A stretch of 61,682 nt of DNA, filler included. It is 8 parts of 8 records of this genome, joined end to end, with 100 filler letters (N's around TTAATTAATTAA, not from the genome) between each part and the next. Parts side by side here need not be neighbours in the genome. Positions count along the whole stretch, not along the records: positions 1 to 6,111 come from SRR31147125_16861; positions 6,212 to 16,168 come from SRR31147125_16916; 6 more parts are not named here. The stretch is one strand, 5' to 3'. The notes beneath the pieces are model-generated. The model made no database searches, had not been told where the DNA came from, and worked only from the letters and a program-made list of their open reading frames with translations. The position numbers were made by a program, and so were the translations under genes. The stretch's first letter is position 1, and every line of letters begins with the position of its first letter. Positions 1-14,074 of the stretch are shown here, piece by piece.

Positions 1-480
<480 letters not shown>

Positions 481-489
481 CTAATTGTT

Positions 490-864
490 TTATTTTTTAG
501 GTTTTTTTGCACCATAAACTGATCTAGATTGCTTTCTGTCAGCAACACCAGCAGTATCAAGCGCACCACGAACAACATGGTATCTAACACCCGGTAAATC
601 TTTAACTTTACCACCACGAATAAGAACAACACTATGCTCTTGTAGATTGTGTCCTATACCAGGAATATAAGCAGAACCTTCCATACCGTTTGTAAGTCTA
701 ACCCTTGCAATCTTTCTTAACGCTGAGTTAGGTTTTTTTGGTGTCATTGTTCTAACAGCCAAACAAACTCCCCTTCTTTGAGGACATTGTTTTAGTATAG
801 GTGAGTTAGATTTACTAACTGAAGTTTTTCTGCCGTTTTTTATCAACTGATTAATAGTTGGCAT
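490..864 (-). CDS. rpsL: 30S ribosomal protein S12
   Basis: MPTINQL...[11 protein letters not shown]...HNLQEHS...KDLPGVRY; true start taken as ATG at 864 after an AAGGAG RBS. Confidence 0.98.
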   Translation of the reverse strand: MPTINQLIKNGRKTSVSKSNSPILKQCPQRRGVCLAVRTMTPKKPNSALRKIARVRLTNGMEGSAYIPGIGHNLQEHSVVLIRGGKVKDLPGVRYHVVRGALDTAGVADRKQSRSVYGAKKPKK

Positions 865-945
865 ATTCTCTATGTTTCTCCTTTCAAAATAAGTTTTAAT
901 ATATTTAAAACCTTTTTGCAACCCCTTGAAAAAAGGTGAATTCCA

Positions 946-1221
946 TTACGATAAGATGCCTATAACAGCAGCACCTACATCTATCCCACATAGCTTACCA
1001 AGCTCTTTCATGCAAATAGTAGTAATAACTTCTATCTCATGATTTTTAGCAACTTGTTTAATGCTTTCAACAAAATCTAAATCAGCATCATGAGCTATAT
1101 ATATTTTTTTTATTTTCCCATTACCTGCTTGTTTTACAACCTGCTTAAGTCCAATAACTTTGCTTAAACGGTCAAAATTTTCAGGTACATTATTATTTAT
1201 AATCATTTTAACTTTTTTCAC
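946..1221 (-). CDS. L7Ae/L30e-like ribosomal protein (YbxF type)
   Basis: KVIGLKQVVK...IYIAHDAD...MKELGKLCGIDVGAA; canonical Firmicutes position upstream of rpsL. Start uncertain. Confidence 0.9.
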   Translation of the reverse strand: MKKVKMIINNNVPENFDRLSKVIGLKQVVKQAGNGKIKKIYIAHDADLDFVESIKQVAKNHEIEVITTICMKELGKLCGIDVGAAVIGILS

Positions 1222-1255
1222 AGCCCAAACATTTTATCACTAGCAAAATCAATTG

Positions 1256-1954
1256 TCAATCCAATTTTTGTACGTTTTTGTCAAAAATCTTCCCAAAATC
1301 ATTTTCTTTTTTAGTAAAATTCAAAGTTGTTACTAATTTATCGTCACTTAGCAAGAACCAACCCTTTTGCTTCATTCTATCAATCAAATCAATTTCAAAG
1401 ATATTAAACTTAACCTCTTTTGCTTTTCTTTTAATATAGATTTGGCTTGTTACCTTACCCACTATATAACCTATAAAGCCAAGCAAGACAATCATTCCCC
1501 AAACAAAAATGTATCCTTGCTCAGAAAAACCAGCATCGATATCTACAAAAGGTATGATTGCAATAATTATTGCAACAAACAACATCATTATAGCTATTTT
1601 CAAAGAATATGCTATTACAAAACTGCGTTTACAGCTTTTACATATGCCTAGCTTTAGCGGTAAAATCGATCCAATAGTTGCTACTCTATTCTTTTTACCT
1701 AAACCAAGTATCGAAGCTTTTTTTGTAACCGGTTCTTTATGAGCAATCATGATATCAGCATAGAAAGCTTTTTCATTAGGCGTATCTGCTTTACAAAACA
1801 AGCACTCTTGACCACTAACAACATCATCAAAATCTGATGGTATCAAAGTTTTTGTATGCTGCCATGCTGTCGTTGCATTTTCAACTTCATCTTCATCATA
1901 TCCATTTTTTCGAATATTTTCTTTCAAAACATCTTCATGCAACCTATCAATCAT
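1256..1954 (-). CDS. Hypothetical membrane protein with two CxxC pairs and two TM helices
   Basis: 232 aa ORF with AGGAG RBS; CLFC and CKSC pairs; two hydrophobic segments (IAIMMLFVAIIIAIIPF, IFVWGMIVLLGFIGYIVG). Confidence 0.8.
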   Translation of the reverse strand: MIDRLHEDVLKENIRKNGYDEDEVENATTAWQHTKTLIPSDFDDVVSGQECLFCKADTPNEKAFYADIMIAHKEPVTKKASILGLGKKNRVATIGSILPLKLGICKSCKRSFVIAYSLKIAIMMLFVAIIIAIIPFVDIDAGFSEQGYIFVWGMIVLLGFIGYIVGKVTSQIYIKRKAKEVKFNIFEIDLIDRMKQKGWFLLSDDKLVTTLNFTKKENDFGKIFDKNVQKLD

Positions 1955-1973
1955 ACTTTGCTCCTAAAATATC

Positions 1974-5574
<3,601 letters not shown>

Positions 5575-5615
5575 TTATTATTTAAGTTTATTCAATGTTT
5601 TATTAAACATATTAT

Positions 5616-6111
<496 letters not shown>

Positions 6112-6211
6112 NNNNNNNNNNNNNNNNNNNNNNNNNNNNNNNNNNNNNNNNNNNNTTAATTAATTAANNNNNNNNNNNNNNNNNNNNNNNNNNNNNNNNN
6201 NNNNNNNNNNN
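6112..6211. other. Artificial contig spacer
   Basis: N run, TTAATTAATTAA (6156-6167, stops in all frames), N run. Confidence 0.99.
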
Positions 6212-6419
6212 GGAACTCACCTGGAAGGGTATCCAGGTAATTTAGTTTTACAAGGTCATCCTTTCTGTAGAAAGGTTGCACTGAAAAACCTTCGTTAGTC
6301 CTCCAAACGAGCTTGCGGTCAAAGTCGGCACCTTTTAAATCGGTAACCACTTTTTCTTTCCAGGCCTCAGCGCTGATTGGTGGAAATTCTTCAAATAGCT
6401 TGATATATTTTTCTGCCAT
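6212..6419 (-). CDS. mutA: Methylmalonyl-CoA mutase small subunit, N-terminal fragment
   Basis: MAEKYIKLFEEFPPISAEAWKEKVVTDLKGADFDRKLVWRTNEGFSVQPFY, the typical Bacteroidetes MutA start. Confidence 0.88.
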
Positions 6420-6838
6420 AATGTAACTGTTAAGAAAATCAGGCTGCAAAATTAGTTCTTTTTACATAGGAGTATCCCATAAACAGGAAGTTTTTAACCT
6501 TTAAGTAACAAATATCATGTTTTGATTTTCAGGCATTTAAATATGAAACAATTTAGATATTTCGAAATCATCGGAAATAAGATCATTCGAACACAGATTC
6601 AAAACTCATCAAAATTACATTTCTTTTTAATTAACATTTTTTAACAATTAGCATATATCCTTTTAAAACAGGAATTATAGAGATATGTATCTAATTTTGT
6701 TTAATTATTAAAACAATAATATAAACAATTATGCACTAATACCTCTTTATGATAGTGTAAAACAATTTATAAACAGTTGACGACCAACTAGAACATGGAA
6801 GTCAAACAATATTTGATATGAAACTAAATTTTTAAGTC

Positions 6839-8590
6839 ATGAAAACAATTAAACAATCTTTATTAGCCGTATTATTGATGGGATTTATATTTATCTCATG
6901 CGAAAGTGATGATGAAGTGGATATGATTCCACAATCTCTTAACATTGTTGAAACTGCATCAGAAGCAGGCAGTTTTAATGTTTTAATACAAGCAGCCACC
7001 AAAGCAGGCTTAGCAAATTTTTTAAGTACGGAATCACCAATTACCGTATTTGCGCCAACCGATCAAGCATTTGTAAATCTCTTAAACGATCTTGGATTAA
7101 GCAGTTTAGATGATATCGACAATGCAACTTTGACTTCAATTTTAAAATATCATGTAATTAGCGGAGCTGTTTATTCGAATAACTTATCAAATGGAATAGC
7201 AGCAACGATAAATGACAATGGCCCTGATTCCAAGAAACTTTCTGTTTTAGTGAATATTGACAATGGAGTTTCAATCAATAATTCAAACGTTACCGCTCCT
7301 GACGTTATGGCCAGCAATGGTGTTATTCATGTGATTGATAAAGTGCTTGTTCCTCCAACCGTAGTTGACATAGCCGTGACTGCCAACTTCAGTTCGTTAG
7401 TTGCCGCTGTAGCAAAAGCTGAATTAGTAGAAACTCTTAATGGAGATGGACCATTTACAGTATTTGCTCCGACAAACGAGGCTTTTAATATGCTATTTTC
7501 ACAACTTGGCGTAAGTGGCATTGATGAAATCAGCAAAGAAGATTTGCAATCAATCCTAACTTATCACGTTGTTGCAGCAAATGTACAGTCAGGTGATCTT
7601 TCGGCTGGTGATGTTGAAACTGTTAATGGGGAATCAATTTCAATTAGCCTTGATGGAGGTGTTATGATTAACGGGATGGCCAATGTTGTTAGCGCTGACA
7701 TACAAGGAACAAATGGTGTAGTTCATGTAATAGATAAAGTTCTTGTTCCAGAAAGCATGATGCAAACAAATACAATTGCCGATATTGCCATAGGAACCCC
7801 AGATTTTTCAATATTAGTTGCCGCACTCGCCAAGGCAGAATTAGTTGATGCTGTTTCTGATCCCGATGCGATGCTTACAGTTTTTGCACCTACAAATGCA
7901 GCTTTCGAGCAATTACTATCAGACTTAGGTGCAACATCTTTGGACGACCTAACAAAAGAGCAACTTTCAGAGATTCTATTATATCATGTAATGGGCTCTA
8001 AGGTAATGTCCGGTGACATTTCAGATGGATATTTCCCGACATTATCTACTTATAGTGGGAACAATATGTCAGTATTGGTTAGTACCAATGGAGGAGTATA
8101 TTTAAACGGTGACGCTATGGTTACAACACCTGATGTAGAAGCCGACAACGGAGTAATTCACATTATTGACAAAGTTATTCTGCCGCCGACAGTGGTTAAT
8201 ATTGCCATTAATAATCCTACATTTTCAATTTTAGTTGAAGCAGTTGTAAAGGCAGAACTAGTTGAAACCTTAAGTGGCAATGGACCATTTACCGTATTCG
8301 CTCCAACAAATGCAGCATTCGAAGCTCTATTCACCCAATTGGAAGTAAGCGGAATTGCTGACCTCACAAAAGAACAATTAGTTCCAATACTAACATACCA
8401 CGTTGTAAACGGAAATGTTTTAGCTGCCGATGTAACTTCAGGAATGGTTCCAACTCTTAACAATGGAAACTCAATTGATATCGTTGTTGACAATGGAGTT
8501 GTGATTGACGGATCAGCAACTGTTGTTGCCACAGACGTTCAAGGGAAAAATGGAGCTGTTCATGTAATCGACCAAGTACTACTACCATAG
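6839..8590 (+). CDS. Fasciclin (4x FAS1) surface lipoprotein
   Basis: Lipobox FISC followed by acidic ESDDE; four repeats of TVFAPT(N/D)xAF...ILxYHV...NGVxHxIDxV. Confidence 0.95.
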   Translation: MKTIKQSLLAVLLMGFIFISCESDDEVDMIPQSLNIVETASEAGSFNVLIQAATKAGLANFLSTESPITVFAPTDQAFVNLLNDLGLSSLDDIDNATLTSILKYHVISGAVYSNNLSNGIAATINDNGPDSKKLSVLVNIDNGVSINNSNVTAPDVMASNGVIHVIDKVLVPPTVVDIAVTANFSSLVAAVAKAELVETLNGDGPFTVFAPTNEAFNMLFSQLGVSGIDEISKEDLQSILTYHVVAANVQSGDLSAGDVETVNGESISISLDGGVMINGMANVVSADIQGTNGVVHVIDKVLVPESMMQTNTIADIAIGTPDFSILVAALAKAELVDAVSDPDAMLTVFAPTNAAFEQLLSDLGATSLDDLTKEQLSEILLYHVMGSKVMSGDISDGYFPTLSTYSGNNMSVLVSTNGGVYLNGDAMVTTPDVEADNGVIHIIDKVILPPTVVNIAINNPTFSILVEAVVKAELVETLSGNGPFTVFAPTNAAFEALFTQLEVSGIADLTKEQLVPILTYHVVNGNVLAADVTSGMVPTLNNGNSIDIVVDNGVVIDGSATVVATDVQGKNGAVHVIDQVLLP

Positions 8591-8625
8591 TTTCGTTCAA
8601 TATATTATTTCACGCCATGAAAAAG

Positions 8626-8656
8626 AACAGGGTTAGCACAATGAGCTGACCCTGTT
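8626..8656. terminator. Hairpin between convergent genes
   Basis: AACAGGGTTAGC-loop-GCTGACCCTGTT. Confidence 0.7.
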
Positions 8657-8671
8657 TGATGTAAAACTATT

Positions 8672-11012
8672 CTAAAACTCAACCTTATAGCTCAAGTTCG
8701 GCACCATAATTTGATCAAACTGTTTCTCTGGCTGTCCTGTTTTTAAGTTGAATTCATAATCGCGGTATTCCTCATGACCCAACACATTTAGCAAATGTAA
8801 AGACCAAACACTTGCATGATTCTTTTTATTCTTTCGATATGAAAAACTTAAAGATAATACTGTAGCCGGATTTTCCTGTTCTTCATAAGCTTTTGAATAA
8901 TCGTAAATCAACTCATTTGAAGCAATCGATTCATCGATCAATAAAGGAGAATAACGATCACCTCCCAAGAAGCTAATTCGCCCATTCACACTCATTGTGT
9001 TATTCTTATTTTTCCCTACCTGCCATTCTTTTCCCGCCAGTAAATTCACGATATAGTTCTTATTATACAGGCTATTCCGCTCTACACCATCGCCCCCCTT
9101 ATACTTTGAATCGAAAATAGAAGCTGTTGCTAAATAGTAAAAGCCCTTCCTAAGGAATCGCTCAAGCGTAAAATCTACACCAATACTGGTACCGGTTCCA
9201 TCATTCACCAGCGTTTCATTAAAAAACCAATCCAATTCTAAATTTTGAAGCGAAAAATAAGATCCGTCAACCACTGGAACATCGTATAAATATTGGAAAT
9301 ATGGTTCAATTTTGAATCTGGTATTCTCATCCAAATTGATATCATAAGCCAGTCCAAAATGATGAGACTTTGACATCTTCATTCTCTTGTTTGGCTGAAT
9401 TACTCCATCGGAAGTCTGTTGCTGAGCCAGATAAAAACCAATCATCTCAATTCTACTATTTAATCCATATGCAGCACCAATAGAGTGTTTGCGATTAATC
9501 TGCCATTTCATTCCAACTCTTGGTTCAACAGAAAACTCTTCATTCAATCCAAAATAATGCACATGCAGTCCAAGGTTCAGATCAAACTGATTCTTCAACT
9601 TTACTGTTGACTGCGTATATGCCTGAGCGGAAAAAGCATTCCCTTTTTCATCTGCAAAAACCAGAAGTTGTTCATTTAAGCTTTGTGCTTCACGATTAAA
9701 TACATTATAGTAGTGTTGACTCAAAATAACACCCGATCGATTAACATGACTTCTCCCAAACTTATGATTGAGCGTACTTGAGAGAGTGTATTTCCAGGTT
9801 TTGTTTTCGACCCGTTCCCGTGGTATCAAATTGTTATTCTCATCCAGTTCATCGTACTCAGTCTCTATGCTATTGCCCGAAGCAGCAAAGGTTGTGTGCA
9901 AATATGTTTTATTACTCAACAGAACCTTATGGGTTAAACCTACGGCTCCATTTATCAAGTCCAAGGAATAAGCTTCTTTGTCCTGCACCGTTTCCCAGTC
10001 AGTTTGATCTTCAATCGGATCGCGATCCTGATCATCAATAGCACCAATTCCCCACAAGGAGAAATTACCCAATTTTTTTGTCGGATAATTCAACTTGAAC
10101 GATAAATCCTGAAAGCCAATACTACCAGCTTCCTCGGGTATTAAACCTCCCAAAAGACCGAATGTAGAATACCGATAATTAAACAAGTAAGACGATCCTC
10201 CTCTTTGTTAAGCGGTCCCTCTGATGAAAAGTCAATGCCTGTTATTCCTGCCTGAAAGGTATGCTCATATTTTTCATTGTTTCCTGTTCTTAAACGAACA
10301 TCAAAAACACCAGAAAGTGCATTTCCATATTCAGCGGGGAAAGCTCCGGTGTAAAAATCGGAGTTTGCCAACATATGACTCGACAATGCAGTAACACCAC
10401 CTGCACCAAAAGCAATCACATTTGCAAAGTGGGTGGGATTTGATATTTCAATTCCTTCCATACGCCATAACATGTTCCGCGGGAATTCCCACGAACTACA
10501 ATCCCATTGTTGCCAATTTCAGAAGCCACACCGGCAAAAGATCCTGCCAAACGTGCCGGATCATCAAAGCCTCCTGCATATCGATTTGCCTCCTCAACGC
10601 TCAACTGCCTGGCGCTAATGGATGCCATTCTGTTTATTGCTTGCTCTTTAGAAGTACGTGCCACAATTTTAACTTCTTCTAATTGTTCAGAAACTTCTTC
10701 CAAACCAGCATTCAAAATCAGCTCCTTCGCTGAGCCTACTAAAATCTCACGAAAAAGGAAATCCTCATAGCCAATAAAACTAATAAGAACATTATACCTC
10801 CCGGGCTTCACATTCCACAGACGAAACTCTCCCAGCTCATTTGTAATTGTTCCTAACTGAGGATTTGTCTCTAAAATAACTACCGTCGCCCCTGGCAATG
10901 GAGCCATCGTTACTGCATCGGTAATTACTCCTTTTATAACTTGTCCGTTTTGAGAAAAAGAACAAATCCAAAACAGCAACAATACAATTTGAATACCTAT
11001 TTTTCTAATCAT
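8672..11012 (-). CDS. TonB-dependent receptor with CarboxypepD_reg-like N-domain (two apparent frameshifts, near 10475 and 10200)
   Basis: Three overlapping ORFs: signal peptide + IKGVITDAVT...PLPGATV; plug WRMEGIEISNPTHF...GAFPAEYGNALSGVFD; barrel ending YKVEF. Confidence 0.92.
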
Positions 11013-11171
11013 TGTTTAATTGTTTACCTATTCTCAATTCTTTTACATGAATACATATCACTTCCATTCTCGTACATAACGAGTCAATATCAGGCTGACC
11101 ATCAGCCTTATCTGTTTTTGATATCTGCCAATATCTCTTTTCAAATGAGCATATCGGTCTTTTTTAATGCT

Positions 11172-11936
11172 CTATTCCAACCAAGCCTTGAAGTTATGAA
11201 CACGCTCACGGCTAACAATCACATCTTCATTAAGATGTGGATTCAAATGCAACTTCAATCTGCTATTGAAATAAGAATGTATTGTTTCTACCGAATTTAT
11301 TCTGACAATCATTTTACGATTTATTCTGAAAAAGCACTTTGGATCAAGCATTTTCTCCAATTGATCTAATGAATAATCCATAGGTAATTTCATTTTACTT
11401 ATGCTGTTAGCCCAAACCAAACCCTCTTCATAATAGAAATAAGCAATATCCTTTGTTTCAATACGCTTAAGCTGCTCGCCAATTTTCACTAAAAACCGAT
11501 GCTTATATTTTCCTTCCTTGCTCAGCTGTTTATAAAGTGTATGAAAAAATTGCGACTGCCCGGGAATTATCTCATTTCTGTACTTTGTGAACTTTTCAAA
11601 TGCTGAAACCAACTCCTGAAAATCAATGGGTTTTAAGATATAATCGACACTATTAACCTTAAAAGCTTTTAAAGCATATTCATCATAAGCAGTGGTGAAA
11701 ATGATCGGCACTTCAATTTTTACATGTTCAAAAAGTTCGAAACATGAGCCATCAGATAAATGAATATCCATTAATATTAGATCAGGATCTTCCTTCAATT
11801 TAAACCACTCCACCCCTTCACGTACTGAACTAAGCACTTCTACTACCTCCAGATCGTAATTCAGCTTACCAAGCAACTGCTCCATGCGTTCAGCCGTAAG
11901 CTGTTCATCTTCAAATATCAATATATCTAGCTTCAC
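11172..11936 (-). CDS. LytTR-family response regulator
   Basis: Receiver DLILMDIHLSDG, FTTAYDEYALKAF; LytTR domain FFRINRK...VIVSRERV. Confidence 0.95.
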   Translation of the reverse strand: MKLDILIFEDEQLTAERMEQLLGKLNYDLEVVEVLSSVREGVEWFKLKEDPDLILMDIHLSDGSCFELFEHVKIEVPIIFTTAYDEYALKAFKVNSVDYILKPIDFQELVSAFEKFTKYRNEIIPGQSQFFHTLYKQLSKEGKYKHRFLVKIGEQLKRIETKDIAYFYYEEGLVWANSISKMKLPMDYSLDQLEKMLDPKCFFRINRKMIVRINSVETIHSYFNSRLKLHLNPHLNEDVIVSRERVHNFKAWLE

Positions 11937-13026
11937 TTTTCAATAGTTTTGGTAGTTTAACTGCAAATGAATCGTCTGTTTCACGAATCAGCAACACATA
12001 GTCTCCAAGTAATTGGTATCGTTTGCTGATATTCTCCAAACCTATGCCTGAAGACCCTTCAAGCAAGTCCCTTTTATTCTTATTATTCGTAACTTCAATG
12101 TGGTTTTCTTTTCCTGATATTGCTACTACTAAAGGATCATCTTTATCAAATCGATTATGCTTGATTGCATTTTCAACTAACATTTGCAGTGAGTTCTTCG
12201 GTAAAAAAACAGTTTCTTTTAACTCGTTTTCAATATCAATATTAAACCGAACATTTCCATTAAATCTCATCTTAATCAGAAAAATATAGGAATTTAAAAA
12301 TTTCAGTTCCTCATCGAGCGATGCTAAGCTTTGATTTTTGCCATCAAGAATATACCGATACATTTTTGACAACTGATTAATATACTCTTCCGACAAGTTT
12401 GCATCCTTATGAACCAATGAGGACAAAACACTTAAACTATTAAAAAAGAAATGAGGATCAATCTGATTTTTAAGCGCCTCAAACTTCGATTGAATATTTT
12501 CTTTTTTAAGTTGCTCTGCTAAAATTTGAGCTTCTTTCCAGTTTCGGAAATAATAAACAAGATTAATAAAAGCCGCTATTACGAAATAAAAGATGAGTAT
12601 AATTAATGAAAAATCAGGATCAAAAATCCGGTATTCAGACCATACCACATCCTGATCAGCTAATTGATAAAAAAGTTTAAAATACAAACCTGCAAAACTT
12701 ATAGCAATAAGAACTCCATATGACAAAAACATAAAAGTGCCCAATGCAAGTCGCACCCCATATCTTAGTCTCTTAAAAGTTGATAATTGGATTTTAACAG
12801 CCAACCATTGACCTAATTGCAAAAAGAAAAATCCGGTTACGACAAAAAAGAAGTGAAAATAGATTCCACGACTACCATAATCCCAAATTCCTTCAAATGA
12901 ACGATCGTATTTCTTTATTAGGAAATGAAGTCCATTGATAAGAATAAACCCCAAAGAGAGTACAATGATGTTGTATATTTTTTTCTCAGAGTTATTCATA
13001 AATTGCTCATTCGATTTCAAGAACAA
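11911..13026 (-). CDS. LytS/YehU-type membrane histidine kinase
   Basis: TM region, then LKNQIDPHFFFNSL, LQMLVENAIKHN, GIGLENI. Start probably at 12999. Confidence 0.95.
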   Translation of the reverse strand: MFLKSNEQFMNNSEKKIYNIIVLSLGFILINGLHFLIKKYDRSFEGIWDYGSRGIYFHFFFVVTGFFFLQLGQWLAVKIQLSTFKRLRYGVRLALGTFMFLSYGVLIAISFAGLYFKLFYQLADQDVVWSEYRIFDPDFSLIILIFYFVIAAFINLVYYFRNWKEAQILAEQLKKENIQSKFEALKNQIDPHFFFNSLSVLSSLVHKDANLSEEYINQLSKMYRYILDGKNQSLASLDEELKFLNSYIFLIKMRFNGNVRFNIDIENELKETVFLPKNSLQMLVENAIKHNRFDKDDPLVVAISGKENHIEVTNNKNKRDLLEGSSGIGLENISKRYQLLGDYVLLIRETDDSFAVKLPKLLKSEARYIDI

Positions 13027-13085
13027 AACAACAACTTAAATAAACACACAACAAGTTAGTCCTTTTAAGTTGAAGGATAAATATG

Positions 13086-13115
13086 ATGAATTGTAATAAG
13101 CATTTTACGAACTGT
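13086..13115 (-). promoter_or_regulatory. LytTR-type direct-repeat binding site
   Basis: Minus strand ACAGTTCGT-N12-ACAATTCAT, matching the [TA][AC][CA]GTTN[AG][TG] 9+12 LytTR pattern, directly upstream of the kinase. Confidence 0.65.
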
Positions 13116-13149
13116 AAAAATTTAAAAAAGAACAGGCAAAAACATTGAC

Positions 13150-13995
13150 TTAATCCCCTGCAAAAATTGCTGCCAAAAAACTACGTTCTTTCATTTTATA
13201 TCCCCTTTCAGTTTTCCCAACAGTAACACTTTCAGTATAAAAATCATGCTCAAAGAAAAGAACATACTCTTTCTCAACAGCTTCTTTCAGGAAAGCTTCC
13301 TTTTCCTCCATCGCAGTTACCGGAAACAAATCGTAAGCCGCCAGCCAAACAACAGGAATATTTGCTGATGTTGGAATAAAATCAGACATATACACAATTG
13401 TTTTACCTTCATTCTTAATAAATGGAATCATCTGCCCGGGAGTATGACCATTGTAAATGCGTACTTCAATTCCTGGAAATAACTCACAATCATTTTCAAC
13501 CAACTGCATGCCTCCGCCCTCTTTCAGGAAATTAAGTATTTCAGGGTAATAGGCAGCTTGCTCTCTAATGTTAGATATTTTAGAATGTTCCCATTGTTGC
13601 TTGCTGCACCAGTGTGTTGCATTTGGGAATTGAAGCCTCAATTCTCCATTAACATTCAAAACAGCCCCATTGCAATGATCCCAGTGCAAATGAGTGAATA
13701 AAACATCGGTGATATCTTCTACAGAGTACCCGGCATTTTTTAATGATCTCGTAATAATTCCTGTTTGATAATGCCCATTGTTGCGTTTAACTTTCTCAGA
13801 ATAATGATCACCAACTCCTGCTTCGATCAATATTTTTCGTTCACCAGTATCAACCAACAAGCATCTCAAAATTAATTGTGTGACATTATTTTCATCGGCA
13901 GGGTAAACTTTAGACCAAAGAGGCTTTGGGATTACACTAAAAAGTGCACCTCCATCGCAAGAAAAATGCCCAGCATGTATCGGAATTAGTTTCAT
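13150..13995 (-). CDS. MBL-fold metallo-hydrolase (YtnP-like)
   Basis: DGGALFSVIPK, THLHWDH, GHTPG; start MKLIPIHAG. Confidence 0.92.
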   Translation of the reverse strand: MKLIPIHAGHFSCDGGALFSVIPKPLWSKVYPADENNVTQLILRCLLVDTGERKILIEAGVGDHYSEKVKRNNGHYQTGIITRSLKNAGYSVEDITDVLFTHLHWDHCNGAVLNVNGELRLQFPNATHWCSKQQWEHSKISNIREQAAYYPEILNFLKEGGGMQLVENDCELFPGIEVRIYNGHTPGQMIPFIKNEGKTIVYMSDFIPTSANIPVVWLAAYDLFPVTAMEEKEAFLKEAVEKEYVLFFEHDFYTESVTVGKTERGYKMKERSFLAAIFAGD

Positions 13996-14025
13996 TTTTT
14001 TCTGAATTAAAAAGCAAAAGTAAAA

Positions 14026-14055
14026 AATCCCGAACATTCATGATGCCCGGGATCT
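14026..14055. terminator. Probable terminator hairpin after GH3
   Basis: ATCCCGAACAT-loop-ATGCCCGGGAT imperfect stem; A run gives a U tract on the minus strand. Confidence 0.5.
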
Positions 14056-14074
14056 TCAAAATCTAATTTTATTG

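Noticed and set aside
490-864. Streptomycin-resistance allele of rpsL (RGGKVKD variant)
   Set aside because: Both canonical lysines (TPKKPN and VKDLPG) are intact; the variant is probably lineage-specific.
6156-6167. TTAATTAATTAA recurring seven times as a biological repeat
   Set aside because: Always embedded in N runs of fixed length; it is an artificial all-frame stop linker. ORFs ending in XXX-LIN are artefacts.
6212-6419. Functional link between B12-dependent mutA and the B12 riboswitch locus
   Set aside because: They are on different contigs from different organisms.
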